From the human T2T-CHM13v2.0 reference genome, Homo sapiens: 64,000 nucleotides of DNA. Positions within the stretch are counted from its first letter, which is position 1. The number at the start of each line of letters is the position of its first letter. The notes below the pieces were generated by a model. It did not search any database. It was not told where the DNA came from and saw only the letters and a program-made list of their open reading frames with translations. Below, one piece after another: positions 1-11,748 of this stretch. The translations under genes were made by a program, and so were the position numbers. The DNA is taken from the NCBI RefSeq assembly GCF_009914755.1, contig NC_060947.1. One strand, 5' to 3'.

Positions 1-461
1 TTTTAAGGGTTCCCCTCATCACAAACTTCTACCATTATATGGTTGTTCAAGTATGAATCAGAGACACACATTTAGTAAGGAATGTTACTTGTAGTGGAAA
101 GTGTAAATGTTTACAACTCATTTCTTTCTGGTATATACATTCTTAATTTTTCCCTCCAATTTTTCTTTTCTTTCTTCTATGTCATTTGGTGCAGTAGGAT
201 AGGCCCAGGATTGTCTTCTGCCTAGAAATCCCAACCTGCCCCCTTTTCATAGCCTAACAGGGCTAGCGATAATGTATCATAGAAAAGAAACAGGGAATGG
301 GAGGCTTATTCCTGTTGTACTTGAAGCTTTTCTCACTAAAACTCTTTATACCTACTTTTCCAAAGTATCTTCAGCCATTAGAATGCCAACATCGGGGAAT
401 GCCAAGATTATGCTCTATTGCTTGTTTAAACTAAAATTGGAGTGGAAAAAAAATGGATCCT

Positions 462-635
462 CTAGTTTAGTTAATAACAATGTATCAATGTCAGTAGTTT
501 GGATGAATGTACCATGATTACATAAGATGTTAAAAATCGAAGAAACTGAGTATGGGATATATGGGACTCTTTGTACTATCTTTACAACTTTCCTGTATGT
601 CTAAAATTATTCCAAAATAAAAACTTTATTTAAAT
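462..635 (+). mobile_element. Old L1 (L1MC/L1MD-type) 3' end fragment
   Basis: Ends ...tgtactatctttacaactttcctgtatgtctaaaattattccaaaataaaa, typical of the L1MC/MD terminus. Confidence 0.7.
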
Positions 636-1714
636 AATGGATCTTTTTAAAACTCACCTATAATCTAGCTCAATTTATCAGTATAGACGATCATGTAGGA
701 ATTTGAGATGTAAATCTCAGTTAGAACTACTGCACATTTTCCTGTACTTGCTTAAAAAACAAGGAGCTGATATTAGATGGGGAATTCTGGGTAGTTAAAT
801 AATTCCTTATTGTATGCATCTCTTTTTCCCTTGGGTACCCATGTTGGACAAAGGAGGTTGGGACAGAAGGAACACAAGTGAGGAATAAAGATGGTGATGC
901 ACTTATTTTTACATCTGCATCCCCCTAAAACCAACATGTCAAGAGTGCTTAATCTGACTGACTTCATGCTGGTTGGGAAAGAAATTAAAAATTCTAGAAT
1001 GCACTGAGCACTCAAAGTGTTAATCAGCAACTTGGACCTTCTAGCCTTGGTCATCAATTACACTGAGTATCTCAGCTGACCCAGAAAATTTTTGATTTAA
1101 TACAAAATGGGCAGCTTTAGAAAACTTACATTTGTACATACTCAAGTTTATATAGTAAGTTATTCTCATTATCACTTTCTGTGAATGAGTTTGGCTGCTG
1201 TTCTTGAAGTATACCAGCATTACAATGGAAGCAAAATATTCTGCTATTAGGCACATATAAAAGACTCAAATACTAAAAACATATCTTTTGTTAAAAGGAA
1301 ACAACAAACCTATTCAGGCTAGAGATGTACTCCACAAATGAGGTCAAGATAATCCCCATATTGCCAAAGTATTTTCAAGGATGACAGCTTCCCCCTAGCT
1401 CTCCTGAAGATGTGTAAGTTATCTCACAGATAAATGCCTCTCAAAATGCTAAACTCAAGTCTATAAAGAGGAATTAAGAGAACTTGATTAAAATGAAAAG
1501 AAAAAGGTAGGAAAGTGGAGGTTGCTTTAGTTGGATAAAATCAGTAGAGAGCTTGCCTTGTTGGCCAGCAGAGAGGACCAAGAGAGGTGTGTCACTGGGA
1601 GACAAGCTATAGAGCTATATTCTGTTGTGTTGCTTGGAAGGAATCCCAGGAAGATAAAAAGATTAAAGAGACTGGGCTCTGAAACTGAATATAGTGTTTG
1701 TCTCTGCTTTCTAG

Positions 1715-1785
1715 GAGAAGCCCTGGGAGAATGCAGTCCACAGGGGTCTTTACAGTGTTCCATAATCAACTATTTCTTGAACAAG
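1715..1785 (+). pseudogene. Exon A (ATG at 1731: MQSTGVFTVFHNQLFLEQ)
   Basis: Acceptor gtttgtctctgctttctag|, donor AAG|gtaatt, A at -3 of the ATG, ends in phase 1. Confidence 0.65.
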
Positions 1786-2234
1786 GTAATTTTTACTTAC
1801 TTATGACTGCTCCTATGACTGATAACTTGCTTACAGAGTAAAGGGAGGGTGAGCAGACACAGAGGCTGCACTGCACTGATACTGTAGATGGTTTGTGTAG
1901 ATGTAGAAAGAAAACAAAATTGAGATTATTCAATTTACCAATAAAGAATTGTTAGACATTTTGAGGTTGGTTCCAAGAAGGGAGAATGGAAGTAGGATAG
2001 TCTTAAAATTCTTATCTAAATATATGATGGGATTTCTTACAAAGTTACCTTTTATATAAGTGAAAGAAATAAAAGGATATTTGCAAAGCTAGGCATTTGG
2101 ACAGTGGCAGAATGAATCAAGCAAAGAACATTCAACAAATTCTGTTGCTGTAAAGAAAATTTATCAAAATCTATATGTGACATATAAAAACCTGTGTTTA
2201 CTCAGGGATGCCCTGCCTGAGCAAGTACTTAAGC

Positions 2235-2600
2235 AAATATCAAGCCCTTTGCCTTGGAAATCCCATTACTAGATATTCACTCTGCCGAAATATTTGCACA
2301 TACACACAGAAGATGAATGTATAAAGATGATCACTGCTACACTGCAGTAGCAAAACGATAGGAACCACTTCAATGTTCATCAAGAAAGAAATGTTTAAAT
2401 ACATTATAGGCAACTGCACTATGGTATAGATCTAGCTGTTTAAACAAATAAAGTTCTAACAAGGAAAAATTGCTATTACATTGTGTAATGATGAAAGCAA
2501 TTGACAGTAAAATGTGTATTATGGTGTCATTTATGTAATAAATGCATACTAAATCATATATTTGAATATGTATGTAATATCAGGTAATAGCTGTTGAGTA
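2235..2600 (+). mobile_element. L1ME-type 3' fragment
   Basis: Degenerate L1 3' region motifs (aatcccattactagatat..., caatgttcatcaag...). Confidence 0.55.
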
Positions 2601-2616
2601 TGTTTAATGGGAAGAT

Positions 2617-2843
2617 TAGCACATAACATAGTGGTTAAGAGTGTAAACTCTGGAGCCAGACTACCTGGGCTTCATAAGCCAATCCTGACTTTTACTAGCA
2701 GTGCCACCTTGGGCAAGTCCCTTAAATCCTTTGGGCTTCAGTTTCTTCATCTGGAAAACGAATATAATTGTTGGGATGGTTAAAGAGATTAACACATAAA
2801 AAATGCTTGGCAAATAGTAAGGACTGAATAAATGTTAGCTATT
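2617..2843 (+). mobile_element. MIR SINE
   Basis: gtggttaagagtg...ccttgggcaagtc...cagtttcttcatctg...aataaatgttagctatt. Confidence 0.85.
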
Positions 2844-2857
2844 TTTTTTTAATGGGA

Positions 2858-3074
2858 AGGGCATTGTTTTAAGTGCCTTATATGCTTTTATCTTCATAGC
2901 TACTCCATAAAGTAGATATTAGTATTATCCTCATTTTGCAGAGGAGGACATTGAAAGAGAAAGGTGAACCAACTTGCCCAAAGCCACCTAGCTGCTAAAC
3001 TTTGGAGATTGTATTTGAACCTAAGTATCTGCTTCCAATAGCTGTGCTCCTAATCACCACTCCATATTGCTTCT
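2858..3074 (-). mobile_element. MIR SINE
   Basis: attatcctcattttgcagaggagga...aacttgcccaaagccac...tttgaacctaag (reverse MIR core). Confidence 0.8.
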
Positions 3075-3329
3075 CTTTATATGCACACTCACACACATAT
3101 GCATGTGCACACATGGACACACAAATGCCTAGAAAAATATCTGTTTGGTGTTTAGTTTTGTGTGGGCAGTGGAGTGTTGTCGAAAGGAGACAATTATTTT
3201 TTATTCAATATGCTCTCGTAGTGTTGTGAAGTCTCTTCAACTTTTCCTTGTACAAACTTAAATAATGAATAAATAATAAAGCACCAAAGCATCATAGTCA
3301 ATAAACATAATATATTCAATATAGTTGAC

Positions 3330-3650
3330 TTTAAATAGTTGATAAAAATTTAACAACATCTGTTGATCAAATGATACCATCAAAACAGTTAAATGGCAAA
3401 GCATAGAATGATACAAGATATTTGCAATACATAGAACTGACAGACTAGTACCTAGAAAACATGAAGAACTCAAAATCAATTGAAATGAGATAGAAAAATA
3501 GGAAATCAGCAAAATATTTGAAATGAAAAATATTTGAAATGAAACTTTACAAAGAGAAAACACAAATGGCGAATAAATGTATGAAAATGCTTTTTAAAAT
3601 ATGCATGGCAATGAAGATTAAAAGCACAATAAGTACACTGAGAACATCAG
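3330..3650 (+). mobile_element. Old L1 (L1M/L1ME) ORF2 3' fragment
   Basis: gataccatcaaaacagttaaatggcaaagc...aagatatttgcaatacat resembles the degenerate ORF2 C-terminal region. Confidence 0.6.
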
Positions 3651-3901
3651 TGACTAAAGTTCTATGTTTTGTTTTTTAAAAGTCTTTGTTAGCAAGCACA
3701 GGAGTTACTGTCTTTCAAAGTTGTGTTTTAGAAAGTAAAGTGTTAGTGCTTTAAAACTGGGGATGCATGCAGCTGCTCTGTAGGCCCAGTGAGTCATTAC
3801 ATATTTAATGATTGCACACCAATGATCTCTGGGGTATTTCAAACCTACCTATCTGTATGAGGGAGCATTGAGCAGGTTAGCCAGTTGTCCTCAAACGAAG
3901 G

Positions 3902-4354
3902 TGTGAGCCCCAAATATCTGAGACAGGTCTCAGTTAGCTTAGAAAGTTTATTTAGCCAAGATTGAGGATGCACACCCATTACACAGTCTCAGGAGGTCCT
4001 GATGACATGTGCCTAAGGTGGTCAGAGCACAGTTTGGTTTTACACGTTTTAGGGAGACATGAGACATCAATCAATCAACATATGTAAGATGAACATTGGT
4101 TTGGTCTGGAAAGGTGGGATGACTGGAAGCAGGGAGGGGGCTTCCAGGTCATATGTAGATAAAAGACAAATGGTTGCATTCTTTAGTTTCTGATTAGCCT
4201 CTCCAAAGGAGGCAATCAGATATGCATTCATCTCAGTGAGCACAGGGGTGACTTTGAATAGACTGGGAGGCCGGTTTGCCCTAAGCAGTTCCCAGCTTGA
4301 CTTTTCTCTTTAGCTTAGCGATTTTGGGGCCCTAGGAGTTATTTTCCTTTCACA
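3902..4354 (-). mobile_element. MER4A/MER4A1 solo LTR (ERV1)
   Basis: TG...CA ends, minus strand starts TGTGAAAGGAAAATAA, 4-bp TSD AAGG (3898-3901 and 4355-4358). Confidence 0.9.
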
Positions 4355-4402
4355 AAGGCAATGGATATTTATTTATTTAATAAATTTATTTATTTCCTAT
4401 AG

Positions 4403-4506
4403 ATTCAGTTAAAAGCTTTCACTCATTGACCATAAGTTTTGATTGAGGATCCTTAAAATGTATTGAATTACATTTTTTATGTGAACACCAGTGAATCATA
4501 ATTCAG
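4403..4506 (+). pseudogene. Exon B (DSVKSFHSLTISFD*GSLKCIELHFLCEHQ*IIIQ)
   Basis: Acceptor tttatttatttcctatag|, donor CAG|gtaaat, phase 1 to 0, TGA at 4444 and 4492 (compatible with CGA>TGA). Confidence 0.65.
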
Positions 4507-4959
4507 GTAAATGTAGACAGAATTGTTCATCATTTATTGGGTAAAAAGTAGATCATCACTACTCCAAGGCAAAAATTTATATCCCATTTGAAGTATACTA
4601 AGATCCAGATAGTTTTGGTCGGCTTTTGACTTCTGTTTCCCCATTAAATTGCACTTCAAAATCTTCTCTTTCCCATTGACGGAATGTGTGAGAAGAGTCT
4701 TCCTTCATGCTTGCATAACCTTTGCCGTGAAAGCACTCTACCAGCTTTTATTATATTACTTCATCTATTTCTGACGTTTGCCATGTCTTTCTCTGTAGTA
4801 TGAGCGTAGCTTATAGCTAATGTCACTGAAATCCCATGCGTACAGAATGTCTGATAATAAAAAGGAAATTCTGATATTTCATAACTCCCTGACACAATGA
4901 CTGGCAGAAAGCTAAAGTTAGGAGAAATGCAGGATGCTAAAACCTTTTCAGCCTAAATA

Positions 4960-5105
4960 TTTTAGTGTAAAGACCCACAGGTGAATATCAGGAGACATTA
5001 GTTCTATCCCAGCTCCCACTCTTACTAGCTGTGGTGTCTTAGACAGCTCACTAAAATTCTCTAATCTTTCATTCCTTAATCAGTAAAACAGCAATAGTAT
5101 CAAAA
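4960..5105 (+). mobile_element. MIR fragment
   Basis: ttctatcccagctcccactcttactagctgtggtgtcttagacag. Confidence 0.6.
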
Positions 5106-5573
5106 ACCTTTATGTTGACCTAGAGTTTCCAATATAAGAAATCACAGATTGGACTGGAATGGATTAGAAATCATAGAAATAACTAGATATATTTAAAGTT
5201 ATTTTAAAATTTAATGTTATTAAGGTTTGTTGAGATAAATATTTTGGCTGGCTGAGACTGGGACTATTGGGAACTGCATTGTAAAAATTCTGTAGAACTA
5301 AAAGAGATAACTGCAGAACTTTCTGAGGAGAAACATGCAGTCTACTCCATACAACAAGATACTAAGTTTGATTCTCTGGGATCTTGAGTCTACTGCAACC
5401 AGAAAGCTTTGTGGCCTTGGGCAACTCACTCACCTTCTAAATGAAAGACTCATTCTAGATGAGTATTATGCTCCCTTCCAGAGTTACCCAAAATCTCAAA
5501 TATTTTAATTTTAATTTAAAAGTGTTATAATATTGCCTCCAATTGGCACACAGTCTTTTTGGTGAACTCATGT

Positions 5574-5968
5574 GGTATTAGTCCATTCTTGCATTGTTAC
5601 AAAGAAATACCTGAGACTAGGTAATTTATAAAGAAAAGAGGTTTAATTGGCTCACAGTTCTGCAGGCTGTACAGAAAGCCTAGCTCTGGCATCAGCTGCT
5701 GGGGAGGCCTCAGGAAATTTACAATCATGGCAGAAGGCAAAGTGGGAGCAGGTACTTCACATAGTGAAAGCAGGAGCAAGAGAGAGAGAGAGAGTGGGGA
5801 GTACTTGCCATACACATTTAAATGACCAAATCTCACAAGAACTCAATATCATGTCGACAGCACCAAGCCATGAGGTATCTAGGCCCATAATCCAAACACC
5901 TCCCACCAGGCCCCACCTCCAGCATTGGGAATTAAAATTCAACATGAGATTTTGTTAGGGACATATCA
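5574..5968 (-). mobile_element. MSTA-type MaLR solo LTR
   Basis: gtattagtccattcttgcattg...catatca, 5-bp TSD CATGT (5569-5573 and 5969-5973). Confidence 0.9.
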
Positions 5969-7258
5969 CATGTGTATTTTTTAAGGAGAATGTGACTAGT
6001 AATAGTTATGACTTAAAGATCTGTGTAAGAATTTCACATATCCATTAAAACTTAAAGCAGCAAACAGATGATGTATTAGAATCACTATATTGTTTTAGAA
6101 GCCATCATTCAGATAAAACAGCTTAATACATACAAATATTTATGTCATGCTAGGGAGAGATGTAGAAGGTAAGTAGAATGGTTTATTTGGATACCTTATT
6201 TTAAATTAATAAGCCTAGGGGTGAAATAAAGGGCCGAGGGATTAAGAATTAGAAAAGTTATTTTTTGTCCATAGGCTACCAGCTTGAATGTATCCAAAAT
6301 GAATGGTGACTCAGGGCGATTACCATCTGTTAGCTGCTTTGTGATCTATGAACAATAAGTTAGCAGTCTTATTCCAAACCCAGATGGTTGAAAGTCCATC
6401 TTGTAGATAATGCTGATATGGTTGGCAAAAGATGACATCCTTTCTGAAGGAAGTAATCTCAAAGATCAAATGTCTACATATCAATTTTTTGGTTTCCTTC
6501 TCTAAGACTTTCCCACAGACCCAGGAAAAATACTACGAGAAGATCTAATTCAGTGCTTCTCATGGTTAAGGCTCATAAGCAAAGGCTTGTTGTGTCTCTA
6601 GAAGTGTTCATCATCAATATTTTTCTGAGTAAAGCAACATTTCTAAAGGATACCAAAAGTGAATGAAGTAGAAGTCAAGAGAAATGGCTGTAACAGAAAA
6701 AGCATGTTTATAATGGAAGGATTTAACTAGTGGACTATATCCTACTCATATCTTGACACCTGCAAAGAGATAAACCTTTCTATAAGCAACAAATTATTCC
6801 TTAAATTTTGCATAAGACTATTCCTTTTTCTAAATTGTGTTATATTTTAAATGACCCAGACATTTTGAGTGTTTAAATTAAATCTAGGTTGATTCATTTT
6901 ATAAAGGTAATAACTTTGAGAGGTGAATAGTTAACTCAGTTTTTCTGTTTCATTAATTCATATTTTTAGGCATAGTTTTTATAAAGTGAGGCACATAAGC
7001 AATCACGATTGAAATATTAAAAATGTTTTATGTGTATCACATCTGTTTTTGTTTTAAGTAAATTTCTATCTCCTCTGAGCCCGGTTATTTTCCAATCACT
7101 TTAAAGGTCCTCTGCAAACTTTTCAAAGTGATGATTAAAGGGGCAGAAAGCAGAACCAAAAAAAAGGGGGGCGGGGGAAATAAGAGGAGCAATATTTTTT
7201 GGTAAAAATTTTTAAAAGGTTTCTCATGTCAACCACCAATTGTCTTCTCATTTTTCAG

Positions 7259-7332
7259 ATTAACAGAAAGACAATTAAAAAATGATTAAGAAGATTTCCA
7301 GTTAGTTAACAGTATTCTCAAAAAAGATCAGG
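7259..7332 (+). pseudogene. Exon C (INRKTIKK*LRRFPVS*QYSQKRSG)
   Basis: Strong acceptor ttgtcttctcatttttcag|, donor GG|gcaaga (GC type or decayed GT), phase 0 to 2, stops at 7283 and 7307. Confidence 0.5.
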
Positions 7333-7640
7333 GCAAGAAGAAAAACCAAAAAAAAAACTTTATTCTTTCACTTGTTCATTTGATAAAGAAATCTGAAGCA
7401 CAAAGATTAATCATATGATGAAGAAGAAAATCCATATACCATATATATTTAAACTTTAATATTGAAATAATACTTTAATATTGAAATTCTTACCTAATTC
7501 TGAATATTGGTTTATATTGAACTATAGGACAAAAATATAACATAAAGGTAAACTGCGTTATGGTAGTTAATTTACAGAATATTTCTTTACAGAGTAGTTC
7601 TGTTTATCATATTAAAGTTTGCTTAAGATGCTTTAATCTT

Positions 7641-10270
7641 TTTAAATAAAATTTTATTCAAAGTCATTTTTTCTTTTATTTCTTTGTTTTCTTCAACTTT
7701 TATTTTAAGTTCTGGGGTACATGTGCAGGATGTGCAGATTTGTTACATAAGTAAATGTGTGCCATGGTAGTTTGCTGCACAGATCAACCTGTCACCCAGA
7801 TATTAAGCCCAGCATCAATTAGCTATACTTCCTGAGGTTCTCCCTCCCCCCACCGCCCCCCAACATGCCCCAGTATGTGTTGTTTTCCCCCATGTGTCCA
7901 TGTATTCTCATTGTTCAGCTCCCACTTATAAGGGAGAACGTGCAGTGTTTGGTTTGCTGTTCCTCCATTGGTTTGCTAAGGATAGCGGCTTTTAGCACCA
8001 TCCATGTCCCTGCAAAGGACATTATCTCATTCCTTTGGATGGCTGCATATTATTCCATGGTGTATATGTACCACATTTTCTTTATCCAGTTTATCATTGA
8101 TGGATATTAGGGTTGATTTCATGTCTTTGCTATTGTAAATAGTGCTGCAATAAACATATGTGTGCATGTGTCTTTACAGTAGAATGACTTATATTCCTTT
8201 GGGTATATACCCAGTAATAGGATGGCTGGGTTAAATGGTATGTCTGCTTCTAGATCTTTGAGGAATTGCCACACTGTCTTCCACAATGGTTGGACTAATT
8301 TACACTCCCACCAACGGTGTAAAAGTGTTCCTTTTTCTCCACAACCTCCCCAGCATTTGTTGTTTCTTGACTTTTTAATAATTGCCATTCTCACTGGTGT
8401 GAGATGGTATCTCATTGTGGTTTTGATTTGCATTTCTCTAATGATCAGTGATGGTGAGCTTTTTTTCTTATGTTTCTGGGCCACATAAATGACTTCTTTT
8501 GAGAAGTCTCTGTTCATGTCCTTTACCAACTTTTTAATGGGGTTGTTTCTTTTTTTCTTGTAAATTTGTTCAAGTTCCTCGTAAACTCTGGATATTAGAC
8601 CTTTGTCAGACAGATAGATTGCAAAAATTTTCTCCCATTCTTTAGGTTGTCTGTTCACTTTGATGATAGTTTCTTTTGCTGTGCAGAAGCTTTTTAGTTT
8701 AAGTAGATCCCACTCATCAGTTTTTGCTTCTGTTGCTATTGCTTTTGGCATTTTCATCATGAAATCTTTGCCCATGCTTACATCCTAAATGGTATTGCCT
8801 AGATTTGCTTCTAGGGTTTTTATAGTTTTGGTTTTACATTTAAGTCTTTAACCCATCTTGAGTTAATTTTTGTATTAGGTGTAAGGAAGGGGTCCAGTTT
8901 CAATTTTCTGCATATGGCTTGCCAGTTCTCCCAACCCCATTCATTAAATAGGGACTCATTTTCCCATTGCTAATTTTTTTCAGGTTTGTCAAAGATCACA
9001 TGGTTGTAGGTGTGCATTCTTATTTCTGAATTCTCTTTTCCATTCCATTTGTCTATGTGTCTGTTTTTGTACCAGTACCATGTTGTTTTCATTACTGTAG
9101 CTTTGTAGTATAATTTGAAGTCAGGTAGCATGATGCCTCCAGCTTTGTTCTTTTTGCTTAGGATAGTCTTGGCTATTTGGGCTCTCTTTTGGTTCCATAT
9201 GAATTCTAAAATAGTTTCTTCTAACTCTGTTAAGAATGTCAATGGTAGCTCAATGGGAATAGCATTGAATCTATACATTAGTTTTGGCAGTATGACCATT
9301 TTCATGATATTGATTCTTTCTATCCATGAGCACGGAATGTTTTTCCATTTGTTTGTTTCCTCTTTGAATTACTTCAGCAATGGTTTGTAGTTCTCCTGTA
9401 AATAGGTTCTTCACTTTATTTGTTAGCTGTATTCCCAGGTATTTTATTTTCTTTGTAGCAATAGTGAATGAGAGTTCATTCATAATTTGGCTTTCTGCTT
9501 GCTAATTTTTGATGTATAGTAATGCTAGCGATTTTTGCACATTGATTTTATATCACTGAAATTGTTTAGCAGCTTAAGAAGCTTTTGAGATGAGGTGATG
9601 GGGTTTTCTAGATATAAGATCATGTTATCTACAAATAAAAATAATTTGACTTCCTCTCTTCCTATTTGAATATACTTTATTTCTTTCTCTTGCCTGATCA
9701 TCCTGGCCAGAACTTCCAATACTATGTTTAATAGGAGTGGTGAGAGAGGGCATCCTTGTCTTTTGCCTGTTTTTCAGAGGAATGCTTCCAGCTTTTGCCC
9801 ATTCAATGTGGTATTGGCTGTGAGTATGTCCTATATGGCTCTTATTATTTTGAGGTATATTCCTTCAAAACCTAGTTTATTGAGGTTTTTAACATGAAGG
9901 GATGTTGAATTTTATCTAATGCCTTTTCTGCATCTACTGAGATAAGCATGTGGTTTTTGTCTTTAGTTTTGTATATGTGATGAATTACATTTACTGATTT
10001 GCATATGTTGAACCAACCGTGCATCCCGGGGATGAAGCCAACTTGATTGTGGTAGACAACCTTTTTGATGTGCTGCTGGATTTGGTTTGTCCATATTTTA
10101 TTGAGGATTCAGCCTCGATGTTCATCAGGGATATTGACCTGAAGTTTTCTTTTTTTGTTGTGTCTCTGCCAGGTTTTGGTATCAGGATGATGCTGTCCTC
10201 ATGAAATGAGTTATGGAGCAGTCCCTCCTTTTCAGTTGTTTGGAATACTTTCAGTAGCAATGGTACCTAT
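7641..10270 (-). mobile_element. 5'-truncated primate L1 (about L1PA8-L1PA13), ORF2 RT/C-terminal remnant plus 3'UTR
   Basis: ORFs 8119-8775, 8970-9305 and 9991-10260 are L1 ORF2p fragments. A-rich tail. Probable TSD gatgctttaatctt / gacgctttattctt (7627-7640 / 10271-10284). Confidence 0.92.
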
Positions 10271-10799
10271 GACGCTTTATTCTTGAATTTTCAGAGACAT
10301 GCGTGATAAACATTAAGTGATTGCCTAAAGTTTTTTTACAAATAGTATTAATGGGGCAGTATATAATATAATTTGGTTTTCACTGAAGGTTTTTTATACT
10401 GTAATTTCCATTTTAAAAGTAAGCATATAGCTTTTGAAAGAAGAAAACATAAAAGATTTACACTTCTAAACTGCATCAAAAAAATATGATGGACCTACAT
10501 GAAGGGAAGAAAAAATCTCTATAAGGGAACATTAATGGAGTGCTAGAATATATAAAGAGACACACTATTCTTGGATGAGAAGACTCAATACCCTATCGTT
10601 AATTATCTCCAGGTTGATTTTAATATTTAAAATACTCAAATCTAATCTGACTTTTTAGAATAACAAAGTTATTCCTTTTAAACATTGGTTTTTAAGAAAC
10701 GTATAAATAAATTTATATTTATGAGATGGGATTGTAATATAAAATTTATGCTTCTTTAGAATAGCAGTCTTCTTTCTGGGGGCTTTTAGCTTACCACTT

Positions 10800-11748
10800 C
10801 AAGTTCCCTACTTGCCTCTGTCTACCTCAATTATATCCTCCAAAAATCATGGTAAATACCTAATACTTTGCATAATTCTATATTTTTATACTTATATAAT
10901 CACATACAAATACAGCACATATGGACAGGTTTGGATATTGTTTTACAAAAAATTCTACTATATACATTCTCTGCATCTTTACTTTTTCATTAAACTGTAT
11001 GTTATAAAAGCAAACAGGTATATCTGCAAACAAGTATCTCTTTCAGCAAACAGGTATATCTGCAATTTATTATTTTTAATGGTTTCCTAAGATTCCATGG
11101 TGTTCAATGACCACAAATGTATTTAAACATGCCCTTTCTGGTAGGTGTTTAATTTGTTCTCAGGTTCAGTGCACTACAGATAATACTCTAATAAATGTTC
11201 TGCAACAAATATACTTACTGTCTCTTTTATGTCTAAGGAGTAGAATCTCTGAAAGGGATTATTTTGTGTAAGTTTATTTGCATTTTAATATTAATAAATG
11301 CCAACAGATTGCCTTTCCAAACATTTGTAACAAATAATATCTCTTCTTTCAACCTTTGATGGTATCATTTTGCCCACATCCACACTAATAATAAGTATTT
11401 TATTGCATTTTATTTTATTATCTTTTGGATAGGAGGAAATTCAATCTCTTTGAAACTTAAACTTGCATTTCCCTGACCGCAAGTGTGTTTCTACAACATT
11501 TTTGTACATTTATTGACCATTTGGATTTGATATTCTGTCAACTGGTTATTCATATAATTTGCCTATTTTTCTATTTTTTTCTTTCTTCTCAATTTATACA
11601 GTGTTTGAAGTATAGCTATTTTTCAGTTGTATTACAAATATAGATTTTTATTAAAATTTAATATTTCTTTTCTGACTTCATTTTTAATATAAATATTTTC
11701 AGTCATCTATTGTTTACCGTATCTTTTTTTTGTATCTTCTGGGTTTCC
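10800..11748 (-). mobile_element. L1ME-type fragment (3'UTR and ORF2 end)
   Basis: Degenerate reverse L1 3' motifs (ttccatggtg..., acttgcatttccctgacc...). Confidence 0.6.

Noticed and set aside
1531-7332. Alternative frame for exons A-C (EALGECSPQGSLQCSIINYFLNK-IQLKAFTH*P*...)
   Set aside because: It needs five stops in exons B and C against four for the chosen frame, has no ATG in exon A, and exits exon C in phase 1, which does not enter the open frame of exon D
8119-8775. Longest ORF (218 aa) and other L1-like ORFs (14753-15262, 27917-28438, 56083-56499) as genes
   Set aside because: They are fragments of frameshifted L1 ORF1p/ORF2p; no intact L1 ORF is present
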